Below are positions 41,052 to 49,922 of a stretch of 64,000 nucleotides of DNA, piece after piece (the stretch's first letter is position 1; each line of letters begins with the position of its first letter). Location: NCBI GenBank assembly GCA_040767195.1, contig JAXGPA010000001.1:352001-416000 (forward strand), given 5' to 3'. The position numbers were made by a program, and so were the translations under genes. The notes beneath the pieces were generated by a model, which saw only the letters and a list, made by a program, of their open reading frames with translations, was not told the DNA's origin and ran no database searches. The stretch comes from Syntrophales bacterium. GTDB lineage: Bacteria > Desulfobacterota > Syntrophia > Syntrophales > UBA6807.

Positions 41052-41261
41052 ATGGATTTAGGAGACCTTGTGGCCATCGATTCCCCCAGGCACCCCCTGA
41101 AAGGGTTCTCGGGCCGGATTGTCGGGCGGCGGGGGGAGTGCGCCCCGGGCGACATCTGGCTTCTCATCTATGTCCGGGACCGGGCCAGGAGTTACCTTGT
41201 CCCCCGGTCCATGGTCCGGCTCATCCGAAAGAAAGACGACCAGCCGACCCCTTTCCCATGA
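41052..41261 (+). CDS. Small hypothetical protein (69 aa), KOW/SH3-like pattern
   Basis: AAGGAGG RBS; GDLVAI...KGFSGRIV resembles a KOW motif. Confidence 0.65.
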   Translation: MDLGDLVAIDSPRHPLKGFSGRIVGRRGECAPGDIWLLIYVRDRARSYLVPRSMVRLIRKKDDQPTPFP

Positions 41262-41389
41262 TGGAAGGAACGTCGCGATGCCCTACCGGTCAACATGGGG
41301 AAAGAGGTTCCTTTTTCCGGAAATGCCGAATGAAGTCTTTCGCTCCTGAGAATTTCTCAGCCTCGTCCCCGGAGCTTCCCGCAAACCCG

Positions 41390-42385
41390 TCAATTTTTAC
41401 GATACCGGATGCCTGATGCCGTCACCACGGCGGTGACGAGCTCCGGGGGGGTGATGTCGAAGGCGGGGTACCTCGCCCGGACACGGGGCCCCGTAATGGG
41501 AATCCCCTGAAAGAAAAGAACCTCCGCTGGGTCCCGTTCCTCGATGGGGATGTCTTCTCCCCGTTCCGTTCGCCTGTCGGGACCGCCGTAACCGAGGACA
41601 TAAAAGGGAAGGCCGAAGTAATCGGCCAGGATGGCCAGCTGGAGGGTCCCCACCTTGTTGGCCACGGCACCGTCCATGGCGATCCGGTCCGCGGCGGTGA
41701 AAACCTTCCGGATCTCTCCCCGGGACATGAAAAAGGCGGCCATGTTGTCGGTAATCAGGGTGGTTTCCACACCCAGGCAACGGGCCGACCACGCCGTGAG
41801 CCTCGCCCCCTGGAGATAGGGCCGGGTCTCGGTGCAGAAAAGGCGGACCCGCTTTCCCTTCTCCCCGGCAAACCGCAGCATGTACAGGAGCCCCGCCCCG
41901 GCGAAACAGTGGGTGAGAATGGTGTCCTCCCGGTCGAGGAGAGTTTCCCCGAAACGGCCGGTGTCCCGGGAAACCTCCCGCTGGCGCTCCAAGGCCCTTT
42001 CCAGGAAACGGAGGATCACCGCCGGGGGATCCTGCTCCTTTTCCCGATCGACACGGTCAAGGAGCCGGTCGAGAAGGGCCGCCAGGTGATACCCCGTGGG
42101 CCGGGTCGCCTTGAGACGGCGGGCCGCCTCCCGAAGGTCCCCGGCGGACCGCCACCCCGGGCCGGGAGCGCGAAGGGCGGCCAGGTAGAGGCCGTACCCC
42201 GCCGTGATGGCGATGTCCCCCGCCCCCTGGACAACCATGTTTTCGATGGCCCGGGCCACTTCCTCCGCGCTTTCGCAGAAAACCGGCACAATCTCGCCGG
42301 GAAGCCGACGCCGGTCTATCAGGACGAGGCGATCCCCCTCCAGGTAGACATTGCTCGCCAGGTCCAGGAGGAGCGGGTCACTCAC
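41390..42385 (-). CDS. mtnA: Methylthioribose-1-phosphate isomerase-like protein (eIF2B/MtnA family, divergent)
   Basis: LTHC, ETRPYLQGARLTAW, ADRIA..G.VANKVGT, IPIEER, PAFDITP. Confidence 0.8.
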   Translation of the reverse strand: MSDPLLLDLASNVYLEGDRLVLIDRRRLPGEIVPVFCESAEEVARAIENMVVQGAGDIAITAGYGLYLAALRAPGPGWRSAGDLREAARRLKATRPTGYHLAALLDRLLDRVDREKEQDPPAVILRFLERALERQREVSRDTGRFGETLLDREDTILTHCFAGAGLLYMLRFAGEKGKRVRLFCTETRPYLQGARLTAWSARCLGVETTLITDNMAAFFMSRGEIRKVFTAADRIAMDGAVANKVGTLQLAILADYFGLPFYVLGYGGPDRRTERGEDIPIEERDPAEVLFFQGIPITGPRVRARYPAFDITPPELVTAVVTASGIRYRKN

Positions 42386-42395
42386 GGCGGGCCTC

Positions 42396-43172
42396 TCAAC
42401 GGTCCTTCCACCGGGGCGGCCGTTTCTCGAGAACGGCCTCGATCCCCTCCCGGGCGTCTTCGGCGAAGCACTGGAGCGACATCATCTCCATGGCGTACCG
42501 GTAGGCCGACGGCTCGTCCAGGTCCACCTGGGCGTAGAAGGCCTGTTTCCCCGAGGCGAGGGTGTGGCGGCTGGCCCGGGCGATCTCGAGGGCCCACCGG
42601 GTCGTTTCCCCTTCCAGGGTCTCCGGGTCCGTGACCCGGTTGACCAGGCCGGCCTCGCGGGCTTCTTCCGCCGTCAGAAACCGGCCGGTGAAAAGCATGT
42701 CGAGAGCCCGCCGCCGGCCTATCACCCGGGAGAGGGGCACCATGGGGGTGATGCAGAAAAGACCGAGCATCGCTCCGGGCGTCTGAAACCGGGCACCGGA
42801 CTCCGCCACGACCAGGTCGACGGCGGCGACAAGCTGGCATCCCGCCGCCGTGGCGACACCATGGACCTGGGCGATGACGGGCTGGGGAATCTCGTGAAAC
42901 CGCTGCATCATCCGGGAGCAGGTGGAAAATATTTCCCGATACCGGTGCAGGTCGTCACCTTCCCCGGCGAGTTCCCGGAGGTCGTGGCCGGCGCTGAAGG
43001 CCGGCCCGTTTCCCTTGAGGATGGCCACCCGGATATGGGGGTCCCGAGCGATCTCATCCAGTTTTTCCTGAATTTTCGTCATCATTTCGAGAGAAAGGGC
43101 GTTTCTCCGGTCGGGCCGGTTCAGGACGAGCCGGGCCACCGGGCCCTCCTTCTCAAGAAGTACCGGTTCCAT
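42396..43172 (-). CDS. Enoyl-CoA hydratase/crotonase family (ECHDC3-like)
   Basis: FSAGHDL, ATAAGCQLVA, FQTPG..GLFC. Confidence 0.9.
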   Translation of the reverse strand: MEPVLLEKEGPVARLVLNRPDRRNALSLEMMTKIQEKLDEIARDPHIRVAILKGNGPAFSAGHDLRELAGEGDDLHRYREIFSTCSRMMQRFHEIPQPVIAQVHGVATAAGCQLVAAVDLVVAESGARFQTPGAMLGLFCITPMVPLSRVIGRRRALDMLFTGRFLTAEEAREAGLVNRVTDPETLEGETTRWALEIARASRHTLASGKQAFYAQVDLDEPSAYRYAMEMMSLQCFAEDAREGIEAVLEKRPPRWKDR

Positions 43173-43199
43173 CGTTCGTTCTCCTGGAATGATAAAATG

Positions 43200-43949
43200 C
43201 TAATCTTCTTTCAAGGTAAACCGCCAGGCGCAGTGCCACTCCTTGGGATGGGGGTCGGGCGGGCAGGCGATGCATTCCGTCTTGATCCGGGGATCGATGG
43301 ACTCGCCGAAAAGCCGGTATTCCACGAGGCCCGCCGACTTGCAGGGGTAATCCTCGAGGCCCCTCCGCGTCCGGGCCGACTGAACCCGGCAGTCGTTCAT
43401 CTGGAAGACGACGGTCCCCGGGGCCTCGTCGATGATGGACTGGACGTTGACCCGGGCGTACATGCGAAACCGGAGGGCCCTCTTCAGCCCTTCCAGGCCC
43501 GCCTTTTCGGGGAGTCCCAGGAATTGCTTTATCGACCAGACCTCGAAGGGGGAAAACCGGGTCCAGCAGGAGTCGTTGCATCGCTTGGCGTCATACATGT
43601 CCCTGTGGGATTCCACGGCCTGGAACCAGACACCGTCATCGGCCAGCCAGTTGACCCCGAGGTTGTTGATCAGGTTTATGAGCTCTTCCCGGGACATTTC
43701 CAGAAGCGGCTTGGGGATGCCGTTGACCATCTCGAAACCCAGGACCTTGGCCAGGCGGTTCATCTGTATGGAATAGCTGTTGGCCTTGGCGGTTTTCATG
43801 ATGTTCAGCGCTTCCTTCGAGCCAAACTGGTGCCATACCTCGCCGAACCACTGGGTGTAATGGACAATGATACGATGAAACATGTCGAGGGCGAACAACG
43901 CCAGCTCTTCCTGGTTCAGATCCTCCGGTTTTTCCACTTCCTTACGCAT
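43200..43949 (-). CDS. DUF6125-like protein (Cys-containing, V4R-like C-terminus)
   Basis: WLADDGVWFQAVE, CRVQ.AR.RRGL..YPCK, CIACPP...CAW; ATG 43949 after AGGAG. Confidence 0.75.
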   Translation of the reverse strand: MRKEVEKPEDLNQEELALFALDMFHRIIVHYTQWFGEVWHQFGSKEALNIMKTAKANSYSIQMNRLAKVLGFEMVNGIPKPLLEMSREELINLINNLGVNWLADDGVWFQAVESHRDMYDAKRCNDSCWTRFSPFEVWSIKQFLGLPEKAGLEGLKRALRFRMYARVNVQSIIDEAPGTVVFQMNDCRVQSARTRRGLEDYPCKSAGLVEYRLFGESIDPRIKTECIACPPDPHPKEWHCAWRFTLKED

Positions 43950-44166
43950 ACCTGTTCTCCTTTCCTCCTTTTTTTTACGATACCCCGCCTGAAACGCGAA
44001 GCCCCCTTTCAGGCACGGCGTTATACAACCCCGATTGAAACCACCGGCGGATGCCGGCGTCTTTTCGCCACTTCTTTCCCCGTAACCGGCCCTTGCGATC
44101 ATCTCTTCACGAAGGGAATCCCCAGGCCCGCTGACTCAAGAATGTCGATCCGGCCGGAACAAACCT

Positions 44167-44760
44167 TCACTGCAGGCCATCGAGGGCTTTGACAATCGAT
44201 TCCAGGGGCGGCCGCACGTTGATGTCGTGAACGTCGATGTACCGGATGACCCCTTTCTTGTCGATGATGAAAATCGCCCGCTCGGCCACGCCGGAGGATC
44301 GCAGGACGCCGTAACGGTCCGCCACGGCCCCGTGCGGCCAGAAATCGGAAAGAACGGGAAACCAGAGATCCCCCATCTGGTTCGTCCAGGCGAAAAGGGT
44401 GGGGACATTGTCCACCGAGATTCCCAGAAGGACGGCGTCGCGGCTTTCAAAAATTTTTCGCGCGAAATTATACCCCGGCCACTGGTCGGAACACACGGGC
44501 GTCCAGGCGGCAGGCACGAAAGACAGAACGACGTTCTTTTTGCCCCGGAAATCGCTCAAGGTAACCGTCTTCCCGTCAATGGAAGGGAGGGTAAAGCCGG
44601 GGGCCTTATCGCCGACCCGCACCTTGAGGACACTGTCCACGGGCTTGAGAGATCCCGCATCATAGACGTTCTTCTCATAAACATCGGAAAGACCGAAAGC
44701 CGTGACGGCCACCCCGAGAAAAATGAAAGCCGCCACACCAGTGAGAATCTTCTTCATCAT
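44167..44760 (-). CDS. Exported 1-Cys peroxiredoxin (AhpC/TSA, AhpE-like)
   Basis: PAAWTPVC (PxxxTxxC), LSDFWPHG, ERAIF; N-terminal signal peptide. Confidence 0.88.
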   Translation of the reverse strand: MMKKILTGVAAFIFLGVAVTAFGLSDVYEKNVYDAGSLKPVDSVLKVRVGDKAPGFTLPSIDGKTVTLSDFRGKKNVVLSFVPAAWTPVCSDQWPGYNFARKIFESRDAVLLGISVDNVPTLFAWTNQMGDLWFPVLSDFWPHGAVADRYGVLRSSGVAERAIFIIDKKGVIRYIDVHDINVRPPLESIVKALDGLQ

Positions 44761-45344
44761 GGCTTCTTCACCTCCAGACCCGACTCTATGATAAGGAAAT
44801 CAAGAAATTCCCTGGGATTCTCGATTCCCCCGACGCGGGTGAAAAAAATTCGCGGGACGCCCTGGTCGTCCTTTCGAAGACCGATGTAAAAGGGTGTCCT
44901 CACCTCTCCGAATTTCTTGTGCATCTCGTAATTCCCGTCACTGAAAAGAGGGAAAGGCACCCCGTAGGTCTCCCGGAAAACCTGGACTTCATAAGGAGAA
45001 TTTCCCGCACCGATCCCGATGACCCTGATCTTTCCCCGAACCCCCGGGTCTTCCTCCATGAGCCGGTAAAAGGCGTTCACGTTTCCGGCATCTCTCTGGC
45101 AGTGGGGACAGTACATGCTGAAGATCTGGACGAGCAGGACGGGAGCGGTCACATCGGCGGGGGTGAAATGACCGGCACCGGAGAGTCCGAGGTATTTTTT
45201 CGCCCCCGGGTCCTGCGGCACGGGCAGGGAGAGACCCGGAAGGGGCTCACCCTTTTCATAGGAAATCCCGGCGCCCCAGACTCCCCCGGCGGGAACGAGA
45301 GCGAAAAGGACAACGAACACGACAATCCATGGCAACGGTTTCAT
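44757..45344 (-). CDS. Exported TlpA-like thioredoxin-fold protein
   Basis: FSMYCPHC, cis-Pro motif VRTP, signal peptide; start ATG 45344. Confidence 0.85.
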   Translation of the reverse strand: MKPLPWIVVFVVLFALVPAGGVWGAGISYEKGEPLPGLSLPVPQDPGAKKYLGLSGAGHFTPADVTAPVLLVQIFSMYCPHCQRDAGNVNAFYRLMEEDPGVRGKIRVIGIGAGNSPYEVQVFRETYGVPFPLFSDGNYEMHKKFGEVRTPFYIGLRKDDQGVPRIFFTRVGGIENPREFLDFLIIESGLEVKKP

Positions 45345-45501
45345 TGTTTCCTCCTGACGCAGAGCTGATTGAAAAAAGCCTGTAGACATCCCATGGCGTT
45401 TTATGTATCTTTTTGTTAGGAGAAAATGCAATCAAAAAAAAGAAAGCCGCGGTCGTGGGAAGTAACGGAAGGATACCGGTCCCTTGCGGCAGGGGGAAGG
45501 G

Positions 45502-45693
45502 ATGAACCCGATTTCAAGAACGCTTTATGTCCTGGCCGCCCTGGGACTCCTGTTCATTATCTGGCAGGCCGTACCCCCGGGAGGGTTTGAGGGGGAGGCC
45601 TGGGGAACGGGTATCCGTGTCCGGCTTGTCGGGTTCGCTGCCCTGATTCTTCTCATGGGCTATTTCGTCATAACCCGCCTGGGAAAGAAGTAA
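45502..45693 (+). CDS. Small 2-TM membrane protein
   Basis: Two hydrophobic segments, purine-rich RBS, ends 7 nt from the ftsZ stop. Confidence 0.6.
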   Translation: MNPISRTLYVLAALGLLFIIWQAVPPGGFEGEAWGTGIRVRLVGFAALILLMGYFVITRLGKK

Positions 45694-45700
45694 CCTGTCG

Positions 45701-46852
45701 TCAGTCCGCCTGCTTTCTCAAGAACGTGGGAATTTCGAATTCACCCATGTCGTCGTCGTCTATGAGCCCCATCTTGACGATGGTCGCCTTTTCCGCTTTC
45801 TTCTCGTTTCTCAGGAAGGTCGGCCTTGAAAGATCGCCCCGGCTGAAGGGCGTGATGTGGGGGATGCTCGTGATCTCCCCGGATTTGGCTTCTTTCCTGT
45901 CGAATCCCGTGGCGATGACGGTGAGGCGGATCTCATCGCCCATGGAATCATCGATGACTGTCCCGAAGATGATGTTGGCCTCCTCGTGGGCTTCGTTCTG
46001 AATGAGCGTCGCCGCTTCCTTCACCTCGAAAAGGGTCATGTTGGACCCCCCGGTGATGTTCATGAGAATTCCCCGGGCGCCGTGGATGGTGTTGTCCTCC
46101 AGGAGGGGTGACGAGATGGCCCTCTGGGCGGCCTCGACGGCCCGGTTTTCCCCGGTGGCCACCCCTGTTCCCATGAGGGCAAGGCCCATTTCCGTCATGA
46201 TCGTCCGGATATCGGCGAAATCGAGATTGATGAGACCGGGCACGATAATGAGATCGGAAATTCCCTTGACGGCGTGAAGAAGAATTTCATCGGCCTTTTT
46301 GCGGGCGTCGATGAAGGACATGTTTCGTCCCGCCACGGCCACGAGGCGCTCGTTGGGGATGACGATGAGGGTGTCGACGATCTTTCTCAATTCCTCGATA
46401 CCCCTTTCAGCGACCAGGTCCTTCTTCTTTCCCTCGAAGAAGAAGGGCTTGGTCACCACGGCGATGGTCAGGGCTCCCAGGTCCTTGGCGATTTCGGCCA
46501 CCACCGGGCCCGCCCCCGTCCCCGTGCCGCCGCCCATGCCGGCGGCGATGAAGATCATGTCCGCCCCGGTGAGGGCTCTCTGGATCTCCTCTTTCGATTC
46601 CAGGGCCGCGTTCCGGCCCACCTCGGGATTGGACCCGGCTCCGTATCCCCGGGTGATTTCCACCCCCAGCTGGATCTTCAGGGGGCACTCGGACCGCTTC
46701 AGGACCTGGGCGTCCGTGTTGGCGGCGATGAACTCGACACCCTTCAGGCTGGACGTGACCATCATGTTTACCGCGTTTCCACCGGCCCCTCCGACACCGA
46801 TCACCTTGATCCGCGCCGGCGCATCTCCCATGTTTTCGACGATTTCAAACAT
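45701..46852 (-). CDS. ftsZ: Cell division protein FtsZ
   Basis: GGGTGTG, NLDFAD, C-terminal EIPTFLR. Confidence 0.99.
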   Translation of the reverse strand: MFEIVENMGDAPARIKVIGVGGAGGNAVNMMVTSSLKGVEFIAANTDAQVLKRSECPLKIQLGVEITRGYGAGSNPEVGRNAALESKEEIQRALTGADMIFIAAGMGGGTGTGAGPVVAEIAKDLGALTIAVVTKPFFFEGKKKDLVAERGIEELRKIVDTLIVIPNERLVAVAGRNMSFIDARKKADEILLHAVKGISDLIIVPGLINLDFADIRTIMTEMGLALMGTGVATGENRAVEAAQRAISSPLLEDNTIHGARGILMNITGGSNMTLFEVKEAATLIQNEAHEEANIIFGTVIDDSMGDEIRLTVIATGFDRKEAKSGEITSIPHITPFSRGDLSRPTFLRNEKKAEKATIVKMGLIDDDDMGEFEIPTFLRKQAD

Positions 46853-46867
46853 GACAAACCCTCCCGT

Positions 46868-48097
46868 TTAAAAAAATTCTGAATACCACCGTTTCAGTTT
46901 CTGAAACAGTCGCGAAAAAAACCCCTCATCGCTCTTCCTGAAGGGCCGGGCCGAACGGTTCCTGAACCCGTGGACGATGAGCCCCACCCCCGTGGCGTAA
47001 AGGGGGCTGTTCACCACATCGGTGAGGCCGCCGACGCCCTGGGGGGACCCGCGCCGGACGGGCATCTGAAAGACCTGTTCCCCCAGCTCCGTGATGCCCT
47101 CGAGGATGGCCGTTCCACCGGTGAGAACGATGCCGGCGCCAAGAAGGTCTTCATACCCCGACTTGATGATCTCCCGGTGGGCGAGCCGGAGAATCTCCTC
47201 CACCCGGGGCTGGATGATCTCCCCGAGGATCTGGCGGGAAACCCGCCGGGGGGGACGCCCCCCGACGCTGGGAACCTCGATGGTCTCGTCGGGCTTGATC
47301 AGGGGAACGTAAGCGCTCCCATACTTGATCTTGATTTTTTCCGCCTCGTTGAGCGGCGTCCGCAGCCCCACGGCGATGTCGTTGGTGAGGTAATTCCCCC
47401 CTACGGCAAGGACGGAGCTGTGCTTGATGCTCCCTTCGGCGAAAACGGCGATGTCCGTGGTCCCGCCACCGATGTCGAGGATGGCGACGCCCAGTTCCTT
47501 CTCGTCGGTGGCCAGGACCGCCTCGCTCGAGGCCAGGGGTTCGAGAACGACATCGTTCACGTCGAGCCCCACCCGGTTGACCGATTTGACGATGTTCTGC
47601 ACCGAGGTGACGGAGGCGATGACCACGTGCACCTTCGCCTCCAGGCGGACGCCGGACATCCCGATGGGGTCTTTCACCCCATCCTGGTTGTCCACCACGA
47701 AGTACTGGGGAATCACGTGGAGAATCTCCCGGTCCAGGGGAACGGCCATGGCCCGGGCCGCCTCCACCGCTCTCCGGACGTCATCGCCGTCCACTTCCCT
47801 TCCCTTCACCGCCACGATCCCGTGGCTGTTCAATCCCTCGATGTGGCTCCCGGCGATCCCCGTGAAGACCGAGTTGATTTCGCAGCCCGACATGAGCTCC
47901 GCTTCCTCCACGGCCCTCCGGATGGACTCCACGGTGTTGTCGATGTTCACGACAACACCCTTGCGAAGGCCCGTCGAAGGATAGCTCCCGATCCCCACCA
48001 CGTCGACACCCCCCGTGTCGTTGCCCTCTCCGACAATGACACAGGTCTTGGTGGTTCCCAGATCCAGCCCGACAATGACATTCCCTTTTTTGGCCAT
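46868..48097 (-). CDS. ftsA: Cell division protein FtsA
   Basis: LDLGTTK, DIGGGTTD, VLTGG, C-terminal amphipathic helix. Confidence 0.98.
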   Translation of the reverse strand: MAKKGNVIVGLDLGTTKTCVIVGEGNDTGGVDVVGIGSYPSTGLRKGVVVNIDNTVESIRRAVEEAELMSGCEINSVFTGIAGSHIEGLNSHGIVAVKGREVDGDDVRRAVEAARAMAVPLDREILHVIPQYFVVDNQDGVKDPIGMSGVRLEAKVHVVIASVTSVQNIVKSVNRVGLDVNDVVLEPLASSEAVLATDEKELGVAILDIGGGTTDIAVFAEGSIKHSSVLAVGGNYLTNDIAVGLRTPLNEAEKIKIKYGSAYVPLIKPDETIEVPSVGGRPPRRVSRQILGEIIQPRVEEILRLAHREIIKSGYEDLLGAGIVLTGGTAILEGITELGEQVFQMPVRRGSPQGVGGLTDVVNSPLYATGVGLIVHGFRNRSARPFRKSDEGFFSRLFQKLKRWYSEFF

Positions 48098-48156
48098 TCC
48101 TCTTTTACCTCTCCCTCACGCACCCTTCTCCGCTGCTTTTTCCGGAAGTCGGAGGC

Positions 48157-49002
48157 TCATGCTTTCCACGACCCCCCATCGTTCTTATCCCTTTCCCGGT
48201 TCCACCGGATCTTCTGCACCACGATTTCGTCGACACTGATGCACGCCAGGTGAATCGGTTCCTCACAACCGTATCTTTCCCGGTAATTCTCGAACACCTC
48301 CGCCGCCCGGCGAAGCTTCCTTTCGTAATCTCCGAACCCCAGACCGACGCTGAACCCGGCGCTTGAAACCAGGGTGATCCCCGTCCGCCGGTCCCCGTGG
48401 ATCTCCGAGACTGTCCCGGGCGGCGGGAACCTCCCGGGCTGCCGGAGCAGCCGGAGAACGTCGAGAGACTCCCGGACCAGGGGGTTTTCCCTGCCTCCCG
48501 TTCCGTCAAAAATCCCCGTCAAGACAGGCGCTGCCGGTTCATCCCCTTTCTCGAAACGCTTGAAGGGCTCCCCCTGCCAGTCCATCATGTGGGGAACCTC
48601 GCCGATCATGACCACCGCCGCGCCTTTCCGCTCCTCGATTTCGATGACCAGGCGGTTCGGAAGCTCGCGCCCCAGGCAGGCGCTTTTCACCCAGGGATGG
48701 TTGAGGATCTTCCCCGCCTTTTCCTTCAGGTTCAGGGTCAGGATGTTGGCGTCCTTTTCCAGGTCCGCCAGTTTCAGAATGTCCCCTTCCGACAGGTGAT
48801 TCAGGCCCCGGACCACGGCCTTTTCCAGGGTGAAGCAGGAGGCCGTTATGACGAAACTGTAGCCGAAGACCAGGACAGCGCCGAGAAGGCCCGCCATGGC
48901 GACGAGGAAAACGGCTTTCCCGATTTCCCGGAGGATCCTGCCCCACCGGCGCCGAAGACGGTTCTTCCGAACCGCCAGCCGTGTCTTCAGAGAGACTCCC
49001 AT
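48157..49002 (-). CDS. ftsQ: Cell division protein FtsQ
   Basis: TM helix, POTRA domain HPWVK...ELPNRLVIEIEER; position in cluster. Confidence 0.9.
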   Translation of the reverse strand: MGVSLKTRLAVRKNRLRRRWGRILREIGKAVFLVAMAGLLGAVLVFGYSFVITASCFTLEKAVVRGLNHLSEGDILKLADLEKDANILTLNLKEKAGKILNHPWVKSACLGRELPNRLVIEIEERKGAAVVMIGEVPHMMDWQGEPFKRFEKGDEPAAPVLTGIFDGTGGRENPLVRESLDVLRLLRQPGRFPPPGTVSEIHGDRRTGITLVSSAGFSVGLGFGDYERKLRRAAEVFENYRERYGCEEPIHLACISVDEIVVQKIRWNRERDKNDGGSWKA

Positions 49003-49922
49003 CCCGTCTCCCCCACGATTTTTACCTCCGGTTCCAGAAAAATCCCTGTTCTCTCCAGAACCCGTTCCCGGACAAGGCGCATGAGGGCGATGATCTCCTC
49101 CGGCCCGGCGCCGCCTGCGTTGACGATGAAATTCCCGTGCTTTTCCGAGACCACGGCTCCTCCTACCCGAAGACCCTTGAGTCCCGCCTCGTCAATCCAT
49201 TTGCCCGCCGGACCCTCCGGTGGGTTTTTGAAAATCGACCCGGCGCTCCGCTGATCCACGGGATGCCTCTTCTTCCGTTCCTCGAGGATTTCGTTCACCC
49301 GGTCCCGGATTTTCCGCCCGTCCCCCCGGGAGAGGGCGAAGGTACCCTCCAGGATCACGGCCTTCTCGGGAAGGTCGAGGCTCCGGTAGCGGAAGGCCAG
49401 TTCTTCCCGGCTGAGATCCCGGATCGCCGCCCTCCCGTTGACGAGCCGCAGCGACCGGAGAACGTCCTTGATTTCCCCGCCCCAGGCCCCGGCATTCATC
49501 CGGATCGCACCGCCCACGGTCCCGGGAATCCCGGCTAAAAATTCCAGACCGGTGAGAGAGCGGGCGGCGGAGAACTGAACGAGCCGGAACAGGGAAACTC
49601 CTGTCTCGGCCGTGACGGCCACCCGGTCTTCCTCTTCCCGGTGGGCAAGATTATCCAGGCCTCCCAGGAAGAGAAAAACCCCCCGGTACCCCCCTTCCCG
49701 AACGATGAGGTTCGTACCATTCCCCAGGGGAAGGAAAGGGATATCCTCGGCGATGAAGAGAAAAACAAGTTCCCGGACCTCCGCCCCGCTTTGGGGACAG
49801 ACCAGGCAATCCACCGGGCCGCCGACCCCCATGGACGTGTGCCTCGCCATGGGTTCCCGGAGAAAGACCCGGCCGGGCATCCGCCCGGAAAGCACCCGGT
49901 ATGTCTCCTCGTGGTGCTTCAT
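48987..49922 (-). CDS. murB: UDP-N-acetylenolpyruvoylglucosamine reductase
   Basis: GNGTN, IPGTVGGAIRMNAG, AGSIFKNP, HGNF, LEPEV; start ATG 49922. Confidence 0.96.
   Translation of the reverse strand: MKHHEETYRVLSGRMPGRVFLREPMARHTSMGVGGPVDCLVCPQSGAEVRELVFLFIAEDIPFLPLGNGTNLIVREGGYRGVFLFLGGLDNLAHREEEDRVAVTAETGVSLFRLVQFSAARSLTGLEFLAGIPGTVGGAIRMNAGAWGGEIKDVLRSLRLVNGRAAIRDLSREELAFRYRSLDLPEKAVILEGTFALSRGDGRKIRDRVNEILEERKKRHPVDQRSAGSIFKNPPEGPAGKWIDEAGLKGLRVGGAVVSEKHGNFIVNAGGAGPEEIIALMRLVRERVLERTGIFLEPEVKIVGETGWESL

Noticed and set aside
44167..44760. Possible selenocysteine recoding in the peroxiredoxin or other redox genes
   Set aside because: Active-site codons are Cys and I saw no in-frame TGA interruption
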